A DNA stretch of 64,000 nucleotides, taken from the NCBI GenBank assembly GCA_964291315.2, contig OZ219753.1:1664001-1728000 (forward strand), given 5' to 3'. The DNA is from Candidatus Poribacteria bacterium (GTDB lineage Bacteria; Poribacteria; WGA-4E; WGA-3G). Position numbers and translations under genes: made by a program. The notes beneath the pieces were generated by a model that had not been told where the DNA came from, searched no databases, and worked only from the letters and a program-made list of their open reading frames with translations. Below are positions 26,944 through 37,875 of this stretch, in pieces; position 1 is the first letter of the stretch; each line of letters opens with the position of its first letter.

Positions 26944-29916
26944 ATGCCAAACCAACGGGAAACAACAATCACAAATGAACTCGTCAATATTCTGCGCACT
27001 ATGCGCCACGCATGGGAGATTGAAACAGAAGTCAACGCCTTCATCAAAGGGAATAGCGAACTGGATGCCCTCGTGATCGAACGCGGCAGAGAACCTATCG
27101 GTATAGAAGCCAAATTCGCTACCACCACCAACGCCAAAAATCTCATTGAACAAGCCAAAACAAGACTCGTTTATGTACTTGAGATAGAATATCAGGCCTC
27201 TGGAAAAACGCTCAGCAATGTGATGGCAATCCTGTATCCCGACCGTTTTAAGAGAATGCGGGGAAGCGACATCAGCTCCGAACTCTCTAAGGCCGCCGAT
27301 CTACAATACAAACTCGTCAGTGCACTCGGAGATACAATCGGACACTTCCCAGGAAAAGGATGGGTAACCGGCGGAATCGGAGATATTGCCAACGCTTTGC
27401 ATGTAGGGGCCATCCCGAATTCACGACTTGAACAAGCCGCAGAAAACATGGAGCATAGCATTGACGGGGCGGCGCATCTACTCGAAGACGCGATCGTTGA
27501 TCACCGTGCGATTGGCACTCAGATTGAGGCGATTCTTCACCAAGAGGTTTTTTCCAGAGACAAGGAGACTGCAGAAGAAAAACTCAATATACAGACGCTA
27601 CGGATGGCGGCGCTGATTATAACGGATGCGTTTGTGTTTCAGAGCTCGCTGGCCGGCAAAGCGGAGATGGAATCGGTGCGATCCCTTCGTCAACTTCTGC
27701 CTACAATTGACTACGCGGATGTGATTGCCGACTGGGGTGCTATTCTCAAGGTCAACTATCGCCCTATTTTTGAGGACGCGTGTCAGCTGGTTAAGGCGTT
27801 GGCCACGGATGATAAGTTGGTCAAACCCATTTTAGCGCTGCTCTGTGAGGCGGCGAGAGATCTTGTGGATACCGGCATCGCCCAGATTCACGAGCTGGCG
27901 GGGATAGTCTTTCAAAAACTAATCACCGATAGGAAATATGTTAGGGCAAACTACACGCTGCCGGGAAGTGCGGTGTTCTTGTCAACCCTCGTGCTGCCGA
28001 AGCTACCCAAGAATAGGCTCCCGAAAGTCGCGGACTTCGCTTGCGGAACAGGGGCACTTCTCAACGGTGTATATCAACGTATTTTGTCTCTTTATGAGCA
28101 ATCAGGCGGAAACGGCAGAGACATTCACCAACAAATGCTGGAACAAAACATCGCCGGAGTAGACATTATGCCGAACGCCACGCATCTCACAGCCGCATCT
28201 CTTGCAAGTACAAACCCTGACATAAAAATTGGCGGCACACGAATCCTGACCGCTCCACATGGGCGCCAGAATGACGGGGCTTATGCGGTTGGTTCACTTG
28301 AACTACTTGACGATGTATCATTACTTGATACCGAGGCAGAACAACTCGGAGGCGAGGAAAACACAGTCGTTAAACTCCAACGCGCCTTTCAGCACGGCGA
28401 ATTTGATATCGTCATCCAAAATCCACCCTTCATGAAGCATAGTGCCGACACAAATACTGGCGTTCCGAAGGTAGTGTTCCAAGGCAGTGACCGTTCAGAG
28501 CAAGAAACAAAAGCATTGCAAGCTGCACTCAAAGCAAAAAATACGCGTGTTGCCCACGGGATTGCCGGACACGGATCTCAATTCGTTGACCTCGCCGATA
28601 GAAAGCTCAAGCCTGACGGCATTATGGGCGTTATCCTCCCCGCAACAATACTTACATCAACATCAATGCAAAAGGTCCGTGATATGTGGGCAACGGAATA
28701 CCGCAACGTATCCATAATAACTATTGCACGCGCTAACGTCGACGAGTGTGCATTCTCAGCAGATACTAACATGGCAGAATGCATAATAGTCGCCACAAAA
28801 GGTGCCGGGGATAACACCGGACATGCAAAATTTGTATCGTTGACTCAACGTCCTCAGAGCGCTCTGGAATCCATGGAAATTGCGAACGCAATTACCCGAG
28901 GCGACAGTGAAGATGATATTGAAGTAGGCGAGGAACAAGTCGGTAAAATAGTGAAATTTCCTATAACTGTCGGACAAGCCTGGACAGCAGCACGTATTAG
29001 ATCGTTGGAACTTTTCAGAACTGGACATAAACTCGCAAGCTCTCTGCTCTCTTTACCAAAGCACAATACCTCAATTTCAATCCCCATAGCACGCGTAGAA
29101 GACGTGGCTCAGGTCGGACACACCGAACCTACTATCAAGGGCAAAAAAGGGGCGTTCACCCTGGTTAAAGGGTATGAAGAAAATAGCGACGGCTATCCTG
29201 CTTTGTGGACAGCGAATTGCCAGCACCAACGTTCAATAGCCGCTTTACCTGATTCACGCGCCAAGATGCGCCCGAACGCAGAAATCAAAGCACAAGATAT
29301 TTTAGAACGCAACAGCCGCGTCCATTACTATCTAGTCCCAACATTTAGCGCAACTTCCGCCATAGCATCATTTACTGAAGATCCTAGTATTGGCGCATGT
29401 AAACTTACGAATGTAAGGTTTGATAATCCACGCCGGGAAATAGCATGGACACTTTGGTGTAACTCAACGTTCGGGTTACTCTGCCATTGGATGCAGGGAA
29501 GTAAACAACAACAGGGACGCGGAAACCTGACCCATACAATGTTAAAAAACATGCCCACCTTAGATGTCCGTCAACTCTCTGAAGAAAGATTAGTGAACGC
29601 CGAAGCACTTTTTGAACGCTTAAAGTATAAACGGATGCTGCCGCTCAACGAATGCGCCCAGGACCCTGTCCGCCGGGCGTTAGATACCGGGCTGCTAACC
29701 GAAGTGCTCGGTATCGAGGATAGTGGCGTTCTCGCCGCGATGCAGACGCTGCGCGAGATGCTCTGTGCGGAACCCAGCATCCACGGCGGGAAGAAATCTA
29801 AATGCAATCTTGATGCGGAGCTGGCAAAACTTAAGTTGAAAGGCACCCCTTTTCCGAGTTGGTACCTTCTTGAAGAACAAAAACGCCATCACCACCCGCA
29901 GCTATCCGCTATCTAA
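26944..29916 (+). CDS. fused type IIG restriction-modification enzyme (nuclease + gamma-class N6-adenine MTase + TRD)
   Basis: N-terminal LD..IEAK nuclease-like motif; DFACGTG motif I then NPPF motif IV; 990 aa. Confidence 0.8.
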   Translation: MPNQRETTITNELVNILRTMRHAWEIETEVNAFIKGNSELDALVIERGREPIGIEAKFATTTNAKNLIEQAKTRLVYVLEIEYQASGKTLSNVMAILYPDRFKRMRGSDISSELSKAADLQYKLVSALGDTIGHFPGKGWVTGGIGDIANALHVGAIPNSRLEQAAENMEHSIDGAAHLLEDAIVDHRAIGTQIEAILHQEVFSRDKETAEEKLNIQTLRMAALIITDAFVFQSSLAGKAEMESVRSLRQLLPTIDYADVIADWGAILKVNYRPIFEDACQLVKALATDDKLVKPILALLCEAARDLVDTGIAQIHELAGIVFQKLITDRKYVRANYTLPGSAVFLSTLVLPKLPKNRLPKVADFACGTGALLNGVYQRILSLYEQSGGNGRDIHQQMLEQNIAGVDIMPNATHLTAASLASTNPDIKIGGTRILTAPHGRQNDGAYAVGSLELLDDVSLLDTEAEQLGGEENTVVKLQRAFQHGEFDIVIQNPPFMKHSADTNTGVPKVVFQGSDRSEQETKALQAALKAKNTRVAHGIAGHGSQFVDLADRKLKPDGIMGVILPATILTSTSMQKVRDMWATEYRNVSIITIARANVDECAFSADTNMAECIIVATKGAGDNTGHAKFVSLTQRPQSALESMEIANAITRGDSEDDIEVGEEQVGKIVKFPITVGQAWTAARIRSLELFRTGHKLASSLLSLPKHNTSISIPIARVEDVAQVGHTEPTIKGKKGAFTLVKGYEENSDGYPALWTANCQHQRSIAALPDSRAKMRPNAEIKAQDILERNSRVHYYLVPTFSATSAIASFTEDPSIGACKLTNVRFDNPRREIAWTLWCNSTFGLLCHWMQGSKQQQGRGNLTHTMLKNMPTLDVRQLSEERLVNAEALFERLKYKRMLPLNECAQDPVRRALDTGLLTEVLGIEDSGVLAAMQTLREMLCAEPSIHGGKKSKCNLDAELAKLKLKGTPFPSWYLLEEQKRHHHPQLSAI

Positions 29917-30779
29917 TCGAATTCGGAGACAGGAAGCACTTCACGTTCCACTGGGTGAACCTTGTCAGGGTAGGTCCGACCGCGGATCCACATGACGGGT
30001 TGGCGCTTGCTGCTATGCTGCGCCTCGGGGCGCGTCCACTCCGCTTTGGCGCTGAGATAGTGAATGACATAACTGCGTCGGAATCGCAGACTGTGGTTGT
30101 TTGTGCTCTTATGCAAGAGATGGCTATGGAACCAGATCACCGCCCCTGGAGGCACCTCTACTGCAACGCCCTCTTCATCGCGCACACCCCGTGCTAGCTT
30201 GAATTCCTGTTGTTGCGAACCTTCAAGATCGTCGTGCTCAACGATATCCCATTTGTGGCTGCCGGGGATAACGTAGAGACAGCCGTTCTCCCGATCTGCC
30301 GGGTCAATAGCTGTCCACGTTCCGACGGTTGTATCGGTTTTAAACCGGTTGCGGAAGTAGAACTTGTCCTGATGCCACGGAAAACCGAGACCAATCTTCG
30401 GTGCCTTCCAGATAAATAGGTTGTTGATACCGAGGAGGTCTGGACCGAGGATATCAACGAGAGGGTCAGTTAAACGCGGATCACGCGTGCGCGCGAGGAA
30501 TTCTGGACAGTAACAACTCGGATGATGGATTTTGTGCATCGCATAGATGCCTTGCTCTTCTATTTTTCCGTCTTTGACGAGAGCGTTCTGATCTACGTTT
30601 GTAGACGGGAACGGGCGTTTCTTGTCTACAACGTCTTCAGCAACTTGACGGAGGGCATCGTTTTCCTCAGGGGTGAATACGTTCAGACGGACGAGGTAAC
30701 CGTTCGTCTGCCAACACGCTAATTCGTCCACACTTAACGCAAAACGTCTCTCTTGTGATATTGATGATTCTATGGCCAT
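29913..30779 (-). CDS. phytanoyl-CoA dioxygenase (PhyH) family
   Basis: WHQD, ENGCLYVIPGSH, LLHKS..N..R motifs. Confidence 0.9.
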   Translation of the reverse strand: MAIESSISQERRFALSVDELACWQTNGYLVRLNVFTPEENDALRQVAEDVVDKKRPFPSTNVDQNALVKDGKIEEQGIYAMHKIHHPSCYCPEFLARTRDPRLTDPLVDILGPDLLGINNLFIWKAPKIGLGFPWHQDKFYFRNRFKTDTTVGTWTAIDPADRENGCLYVIPGSHKWDIVEHDDLEGSQQQEFKLARGVRDEEGVAVEVPPGAVIWFHSHLLHKSTNNHSLRFRRSYVIHYLSAKAEWTRPEAQHSSKRQPVMWIRGRTYPDKVHPVEREVLPVSEFD

Positions 30780-30816
30780 CGCTGTCTCCTATTGCGGTCG
30801 ATTCTACACTGTCTAT

Positions 30817-32779
30817 TTATTTGGCATAAAACGCTCTATTTAAGGCTTGATCTTCCGCACTAACCCCAAAATCTGCATCCTCTATCTCGGAGAGATTAAC
30901 ATATAGCTGGTTTTTATCCAGAAGTTCTGCCAATAGATGCTTCTGTTTCTGTACGTCCCTGATAGCCTTGAAGTCGTTTATCGCCTCTTGGGGCACTTCG
31001 GCGTTGACATACCAGTTCAGAAATGAGTTTTCAGCGATCTCTCGCCAGAGGGCGATCAGTTCTTCAGAGGTTCGTGCGGCTTGGATTTTGTCCATATAGC
31101 TTTGGTTATATGGCATTAGCTCACAGTAGATGAAATCACCCCCTCCTTGCCACTTGACCGATTTAGAGATGCCGCCTTGTTCCCCGGCAATGACACTGCT
31201 GAGTCGCGGCAGGGTCACCTCAGTAATATAATCCATCTGCTCGACTGCAATCCATCTGCGATTAATCTTATGTGCTACTGCAGCAGTAGTACCTGCCCCT
31301 GCGAAAAAATCAAGAATGATATCACCTTCTTCTGTGAGCCATTCTATAATACGTTTCAGAATTTCCTCGTTCTTTTCATGTGCAAATGTTGATTGATTTC
31401 CGGCAGCACTGATATCTGTCCAATTTTCGCTTAGCAAGATAGTGTTAGTTGCCGGAATGTAGTGCTCGGGTTTCCCTTTTTTACTAAGTCTTACCAGTTC
31501 AAAATCTGAACGGTTCAAGATACTATTCGCTTGAACATAGCGGTTGTAATAGACATCTATATCGGCATCGGTGATGTCAGTTTCGTCAATTCCATGTGCT
31601 TTAATATAACGGGTAAGGGTTCTATAATTTTCGACAGCGTCGTAAGTTCTTTGCTTTTTCCATCGCCATTGCCCGTTTTCGGGCGTTATGCCAAAGAGCT
31701 CAAACCTCAGTGTCGGTCTGTCGGTGCCGCGATGGTGATTATTCCATGTGCTTTCACCGGGCCCTTTCAATGTTTTAAAGAGATTCGGGACTTTGATTTT
31801 GCTATCTTTGCTGTAGAATAAGATTGTATCGTATCCTGCGTTCAATTTATCAACGGAATCAAACTGCTTCTGAAGGTTTTTTTGCCCTTTTTTTACAATA
31901 ATTCCATTCCGAAAATTATTATCAAATACCTCATCGCAGAGACACTTCAAATAAGCCAATTCGCGATTGTCTATTTGAATAAAAATAAAGCCATCTTTTC
32001 TCAGTAGCTCTTTCGCAATCTCCAATCTGTTTTTTATAAATGTAAGCCAAATGGAACGCGTAAAATTATCGTTGTATTGGAAAGAGTCATTTTCTGTATT
32101 ATACGGCGGGTCGATGTAGATGAGCTTGACCTGTCCGCGGAATTGCTGCTTGAGCGTGTGGAGCGCGATGAGATTGTTGCCTTTGATAATGAGGTTCTCA
32201 CGAATAACCCCGTTCTCATCTCGCTTCAGTTCTCCCACACCACTTTCGGTATACTTATCATGAAATACCCCCCCCGCTTTTGTCAACCAGAATATCAGAC
32301 GTATAACGCCGCCAACTCGTCAGAACCTTCGGATCAAACAGCCGATCTATCTCGTCCTGGGCAAGCACCTCATTGAAAAATATCTCCACACGCTGCTCTT
32401 CTTCGCGCGTCTGCCCGCCTTCCAGAACGCAGTCTTTGTAAGGCCAAACCAGCGACACTTCACCGCGTTCTCGGAGGTATTTGCCGCCGATATTCAAGCC
32501 GATTTTATTTCGGAAACGGGTGTAGGAATTGGCGAGGAAGTTTTTATCGGTAATATAGTCAACGAAGGTATTGTGATTGAAGACCCAATGTCCTTCAATC
32601 TGATTAAAGAAGGTTTTCTTGATCTCTGTGTCGGTGATGAGTAATCTGATGAGGTTGTGGTCGAGTCTCCAAGCGTGTTCTCTGACAGCGGCGAGGACGA
32701 GTTCGCCTGCGTCGTCGAGAAAATCAGTGTCAGTTTTGAGGAGTGCTGCCAGTCTCTGATTGAAGTTGTGTTTCGGCAT
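30817..32779 (-). pseudogene. mod: type III R-M Mod methyltransferase, frameshifted at a G8 tract
   Basis: N-terminal part has NKIGL..WPYKDCVLEGGQ..EIFFNE; C-terminal part has NLIIKGNNL, IDPPYN, DFFAGAGTT. The frames join if G8 (32268-32275) becomes G7 or G10. Confidence 0.85.
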
Positions 32780-32950
32780 AAGCGGAATAACCTTTATTGC
32801 ATTAAGATAGTAATCGGTTGAGAAATAGCCAACAGTCGTCTTCACATTGAATCGAGTCAGGATCATTAATTATCTGTGGCAGTAGACTTAGAACAGGTTT
32901 CACCGTAGCTTTGGGATTGTTGGGTGCCGGTAAAGCGTCGTCAGGCAAGT

Positions 32951-33841
32951 TTATTTTTTGATGAGCAGCAAGCCCTCTTGCGTTGCACACATCAACGTTT
33001 CATCATCTGGCAAAAACGTTAATTCTCGGATACTTCCTTCCGGAACCGGAAACGAGGATGTAGGCTCATGAGTGTCCATATCCCATAATTGTAGATACCG
33101 ATCTCGCCCGCCGCTCGCGAGGATGTCACCCTTTCTCGAAAACGCCAGGGCATTGATAGAATCCGTGTGCGCTCTTAAGTTGGTGAGAAGACTTTGACTG
33201 GCCACGTCCCACAACCGAACGAGGGCATCTGATCCGCCACTGGCGAGGATTTCGCTGTTTTTGGAAAACGCCAGAGCTAACACAAGCCCATCGTGTGTTG
33301 AGAAAGATGACAAAAATGCGCCCGTCTCAGCCTGCCACAATCGGACTCTACCGTCCGAGCTGCCACTTGCTAGCGTTTTACCGTCTGGAGAAAACGCCAA
33401 ACTTCTGATGTGTCCCGGATTCTCATGAGAGGTAGCAAGTAACCTTTCTGTACGCGGGTCCCAGCTCGGGAGCGGAATGCCATCCGGGGCGGAAGATGCC
33501 AGCGCTTGTACCAGATTGGAATCTCCTGCAATCGTTAGAAATTCGCGCGCCGTGCCGGTATCCCATAACCGGAGGGTCCTATCTTCACTGCCGCTGGCGA
33601 GCACCGAGTTACCTGGGGCAAATGCCAAAGCTCGGACCCGTTCTGTATATCCTGAGAGCATTGCGAATTGCGCCCCGGTGGCTGCATCGTATACCCAAAT
33701 CCTGCCTTCACCGCCCGCGGCGACCCGCGTACCGTCAGATGAGAATGCAAGACTCGTCACCTGCTTCTTATCCAATCTTGATTTAAGTCCGGGCGGTAAT
33801 TCAGATTGGATGGAATTCTGGAACATCGCTTTTTCTGACAT
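32951..33841 (-). CDS. WD40-repeat protein
   Basis: Repeated LAFSxDGxxLASGSxDxxxRLWD. Confidence 0.9.
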   Translation of the reverse strand: MSEKAMFQNSIQSELPPGLKSRLDKKQVTSLAFSSDGTRVAAGGEGRIWVYDAATGAQFAMLSGYTERVRALAFAPGNSVLASGSEDRTLRLWDTGTAREFLTIAGDSNLVQALASSAPDGIPLPSWDPRTERLLATSHENPGHIRSLAFSPDGKTLASGSSDGRVRLWQAETGAFLSSFSTHDGLVLALAFSKNSEILASGGSDALVRLWDVASQSLLTNLRAHTDSINALAFSRKGDILASGGRDRYLQLWDMDTHEPTSSFPVPEGSIRELTFLPDDETLMCATQEGLLLIKK

Positions 33842-33914
33842 AATATCTTCTCCTCATCCGCAAAATGTAATGAAATCTAAAGCAAAGACTAATTCTGCCG
33901 CACGGGGGCAAAAC

Positions 33915-34940
33915 TTAGTCCGATGTCCAATCTAAAATGACCCCTGTATAGACATGGGGTTGATCGAGAAGCCCGTCGTAAGCTAGCTTAATCTGCTCCG
34001 GTTTGAGCCGGTGAGAAATTAAAGGCTCGACGTGTAGCTGCCGCCGCGCCATCCAGTCGAAAATAGTCTGCTGTTTACGCCACTGTGAGGTCCGGTTACC
34101 GATATCAGCATACATCGGAACGCACCATTCCAATGCCCCCCGGATGGTAATCCACCGCAGATGTGTGTCCGAGAGAAGCTCGGTCAGATTGCCCTCAACG
34201 CTAACGCGCGGCGAACCGAGGAGGATGATCTGCCCGTGGTTAGCCGTCGCTTTGAGCGCCTGCATCACCACGGCACTGTGCCCGACAGCGTCAACAGTAA
34301 TATCGCCGAGGGCGCCGTTCGTAATCTCCTGAATCTGTGCAGCTGTTTCGTCAGCAGTGCCACCGACGGTGTCAGAAATACCGCACTGCTGCGCAAGCAG
34401 TCGTCTTTCGGCTACCGGGTCCACACCGATAACACGGCAGCCCTGAATCTGAAACATCTGGGATGCCAAATTTCCGACGAGCCCCAACCCGAAGACAACA
34501 ACCCAGGGGTTCATACCGATCTCACTAACGACAAGCGCTGTCATCGCGACACCCGCCATGCGTGACGCAGCGACGACAGCCGGATCCATCGCCTGCCTCA
34601 CCGGGGCTACCAGTCGATCTTGGGAATACCGGATCGTTGAAGCGTGTCGTCCGTAAGTAAAAACCCGGTCCCCTGGCGCAGCACGCGTAACACCGGGCCC
34701 GATGTCACGAACAATACCGACATTCGCATAGCCAGAGCGCCACGGATATTCACACCACGTCCCCTTTTGAAAAACCTTCGGTTCTCTTCCAGTATAATTC
34801 GCTAGCTCTGTTCCGCTACTGATAAAGGTATATTCCGTGTCTATCAGAAGCTCATCGGCATCAAGTACAGACACATCCATCTCGGCAGTCTGGAGCTCCA
34901 CTTGCTTCTGACCCGTTACAACGACTTCTCTGATTTTCAT
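33915..34940 (-). CDS. medium-chain (zinc-binding family) dehydrogenase
   Basis: ISSGTE, GYANVG, GLGLVG Rossmann motif. Confidence 0.85.
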   Translation of the reverse strand: MKIREVVVTGQKQVELQTAEMDVSVLDADELLIDTEYTFISSGTELANYTGREPKVFQKGTWCEYPWRSGYANVGIVRDIGPGVTRAAPGDRVFTYGRHASTIRYSQDRLVAPVRQAMDPAVVAASRMAGVAMTALVVSEIGMNPWVVVFGLGLVGNLASQMFQIQGCRVIGVDPVAERRLLAQQCGISDTVGGTADETAAQIQEITNGALGDITVDAVGHSAVVMQALKATANHGQIILLGSPRVSVEGNLTELLSDTHLRWITIRGALEWCVPMYADIGNRTSQWRKQQTIFDWMARRQLHVEPLISHRLKPEQIKLAYDGLLDQPHVYTGVILDWTSD

Positions 34941-35269
34941 GCTGCTTCCTTTTGTTTTGATTCTTTAAGTTCTGCTTGTTTGATTGTGCGAATTAGTTTT
35001 TGCGTTCGCTTATATCTCACGAGCCCGACAAAGAAGGTAGCGATTCCGATCAAAATGAAAATAACACCGATTGCCTCGACGATGTGTGAGTCGAATACCT
35101 TGAGATGCACAAAGGAGAGCCCTGCGACGAACAGTGTTAATGCTGTACGGATATATGCGAGGAAAGTTCGCTCGTTCGCGAGAATAGTTCGGTCCGCGGC
35201 GAGATGATCTCGCAAAATCAGCTGCCCTTCCAAACCTATGTAAGCTTTTGATTGATCTGTCATGCGCAC
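34937..35269 (-). CDS. DUF202 (YidH-like) membrane protein
   Basis: RDHLAADRTILANERTFLAYIRT. Confidence 0.9.
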   Translation of the reverse strand: MRMTDQSKAYIGLEGQLILRDHLAADRTILANERTFLAYIRTALTLFVAGLSFVHLKVFDSHIVEAIGVIFILIGIATFFVGLVRYKRTQKLIRTIKQAELKESKQKEAA

Positions 35270-36086
35270 CTCCCTGGCTTTGTCAAAACAAGAAATTTAA
35301 TGTAAAGACACCGGCGATCCATCCGTAGAGCATCCACATGTGCCGCAATCTTTTCGCTGTTTTCCGGTACTCTGTTGTATAGTGCGCCGGATTTTGGAAA
35401 TAGAGCGTCAACCGTCTTGACGATGATAAATCTATCTTCGGCGTTGAGAAACTCACAACAATGCCAAATACAACGAGCAGGATGAGATTCAGGGTAGGCA
35501 CACTGCTGAGAATCACACCAAACACCACCCAACGGCACCTTGAGACACTGCTCAATGCATCTGCCCGTGCTATGCCTGTTAATGATTCTGCGCGACACAC
35601 GCTAGCCCTCGTACCGTATGTTTTTCCGTTATCGCCCGTGATCCTAGCAACGTCAGAATAACAGAGATGCTCCAGAAAACAGGCACGCAACCCAGAGAGC
35701 AGCCGTAGGTTTCAAAAGCGGAGAATCTGCTAACGCATGAGAATTCCCGCGTTCCTTTGGACCCGAAGATAAACTTTTATTTTTCTATCTAGCAAACTTC
35801 TCCAGCAAACAGAGCTTCCAACCATCTTAATATTATTATATCAAATTTTCCGTTTAATTCAAAATGATTTTTATACGGATTGTCAGCCCTCGGTAGTTAG
35901 AAGAGATCGGCGCGGTTTTTCTGCTCTGTCCCGCTCGAAAACTGAACGCCCTTCAAAATTTGTGGGTGCTCCTTGACACCGATGTCTCTCTTATGCTATA
36001 CTAAAAACACGTCACAAGTTGTCAGTTGTCAGCAGAACGACTTGCAGCTGATGATTATTTACCAAAGAAATGGAGCAGATAATCTG

Positions 36087-36698
36087 ATGGATTTCAAACA
36101 AGCATTAGACAACAAGATCGCAGACTTTAACTTACTCAATCACCCATTTTATCAAGCTTGGAGTGCGGGCGAATTGCCTCGCAACGCCCTGCGTTCCTAT
36201 GCCCGTGAATACGGCGCTTTTATAGCCACTGTGCCGAACGGATGGCAAACAATCGGCGACGCCGAAACCGCCGCGGAGGAAGTCGAACACATCGATTTAT
36301 GGGCAGATTTCGCTACGGGCCTCGGCACCACTGTCTCTGAAGCAGAGATTCCGCAGGTGAAAACCCTCGTCGAAACCGCAAAGACGCTCTTCTCTGAACC
36401 TGCAACAGCCCTGGGAGCACTCTATGCCTTCGAAGCACAGCAACCAGCAACAGCACAATCAAAATTGGCAGGCCTGAAAACGTTCTACCAGCTTCCCAAA
36501 ACAGTAGAGCCGTACTTTGAAACGCATGCACGCAACGATCACGAGGCGGAAATGCTGCTAGCACACAGCGCTGAATTGCCATCACACGCACGCGACACCG
36601 TTATCCAAGCGTGTGAACAGATGAGCACCGCTTTATGGGACGCCCTCACAGGAATCTACGATGCAGAATGCGCAGGAGACAGTAAAGACGTATTTTAA
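36087..36698 (+). CDS. CADD/PqqC-like heme-oxygenase-like diiron protein
   Basis: LLNHPFYQAWSAGEL, YAREY, LGALYAFEAQ, YFETH; TTGACA-18-TATACT promoter at 35973-36002. Confidence 0.75.
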   Translation: MDFKQALDNKIADFNLLNHPFYQAWSAGELPRNALRSYAREYGAFIATVPNGWQTIGDAETAAEEVEHIDLWADFATGLGTTVSEAEIPQVKTLVETAKTLFSEPATALGALYAFEAQQPATAQSKLAGLKTFYQLPKTVEPYFETHARNDHEAEMLLAHSAELPSHARDTVIQACEQMSTALWDALTGIYDAECAGDSKDVF

Positions 36699-37047
36699 CG
36701 CACTCGTTGCCAAAGATGCAGAAATCCTCACCGCCATGATGCTACCGGCTTCTCACTACATCAAGATCGGCACCGATGCTGATGAAGTTGTTGAGGGCAG
36801 CACAGAAATCGCCGCATATTACCGAAATCACGTCGCAAGCACCGAGGATTTCAGCATTACTTTTATTGACCTCAAGGTTCAGGAACGCGACAAGGTCGCA
36901 TGGTTCTATACACGCCAAATTTGGAAACTCAGCTGGCAAGGCACACCGGAGGAATTCGTGATGCGGATGACAGGCGTCTTGGAAAATGTTGACGCGGCTT
37001 GGAAATTCGCGCAGATTCACGCCTCAATCGGCGTTCCGATCGCTTAA
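36661..37047 (+). CDS. NTF2/SnoaL-like protein
   Basis: IGTDADE, RMTGVL...WKFAQIHAS. Confidence 0.8.
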   Translation: MQNAQETVKTYFNALVAKDAEILTAMMLPASHYIKIGTDADEVVEGSTEIAAYYRNHVASTEDFSITFIDLKVQERDKVAWFYTRQIWKLSWQGTPEEFVMRMTGVLENVDAAWKFAQIHASIGVPIA

Positions 37048-37065
37048 TCTCTAACGGAGAAACTT

Positions 37066-37773
37066 TTGCAAATTTCAGCGATCTCTTTCGACGGCGATAT
37101 GACGCTCTGGGATTTTCATAAGGTGATGCGTCATTCGCTCAAATGCACATTGGCGGTGCTGCAGAGAGAGCATCCAACGCCGCGCATCCTAGAACTGACA
37201 ATCGACAAAATGATCGCTATTCGCGAGCAATACGCTAACCAAGTAAAAGGGCGAGTTTGGAATTTAGAAGAAATCAGACGAGGGGCATTTGAACGAACGC
37301 TTGAACAGGCCGGGCTCCCAGATAAAGACCTCGCCGCCCATTTGAACGCGATATATCTGAAACATCGGTTTGAAGATATAGAGTTGTATCCGGATGTTCG
37401 TCTGACCTTTGAAATTCTGGCACCGCACTTCAAATTGGGACTGCTCTCGAACGGGAATACCTACCCAGAGAGCTGTGGACTTGACGAACACTTCGCTTTT
37501 GTTGTTTTTTCCCAAGATGTGCAAGTGGAGAAGCCAGATCCGAGAATTTTCTACATAGCCGCGGAACGCGCAGGCTGCCCATTAACCGAGATGTTACACG
37601 TGGGAGACTCGCTTAAAAATGACATCGCAGGGGCACGCAACGTTGGGATAACCTCTGTCTGGCTCAATCGTGACAACCTATCGAGCAATACAGAAATACA
37701 ACCTGACTATGAAGTGGCTTCATTGGCAAAAATCCCCATGCTTTTGGGCATGGAACTGGAGATTCCGCAATAG
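37066..37773 (+). CDS. HAD-family hydrolase
   Basis: FDGDMTL, LSNGN, EKPDPRIF, HVGDSLKNDIAGA. Confidence 0.9.
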   Translation: MQISAISFDGDMTLWDFHKVMRHSLKCTLAVLQREHPTPRILELTIDKMIAIREQYANQVKGRVWNLEEIRRGAFERTLEQAGLPDKDLAAHLNAIYLKHRFEDIELYPDVRLTFEILAPHFKLGLLSNGNTYPESCGLDEHFAFVVFSQDVQVEKPDPRIFYIAAERAGCPLTEMLHVGDSLKNDIAGARNVGITSVWLNRDNLSSNTEIQPDYEVASLAKIPMLLGMELEIPQ

Positions 37774-37875
37774 TTGATAAGTGAGACTCTCGCTCACGCC
37801 TTACATTCCTTACGTTACGGACTTTTGTCGCCTTCTGTTTGCAAAAAACAAGGCCTTTATGCTATCATAGTGAGC

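Noticed and set aside
35260-35690. Overlapping ORFs upstream of the DUF202 gene
   Set aside because: No convincing start or motif; at most a decayed membrane-protein remnant, so not called.
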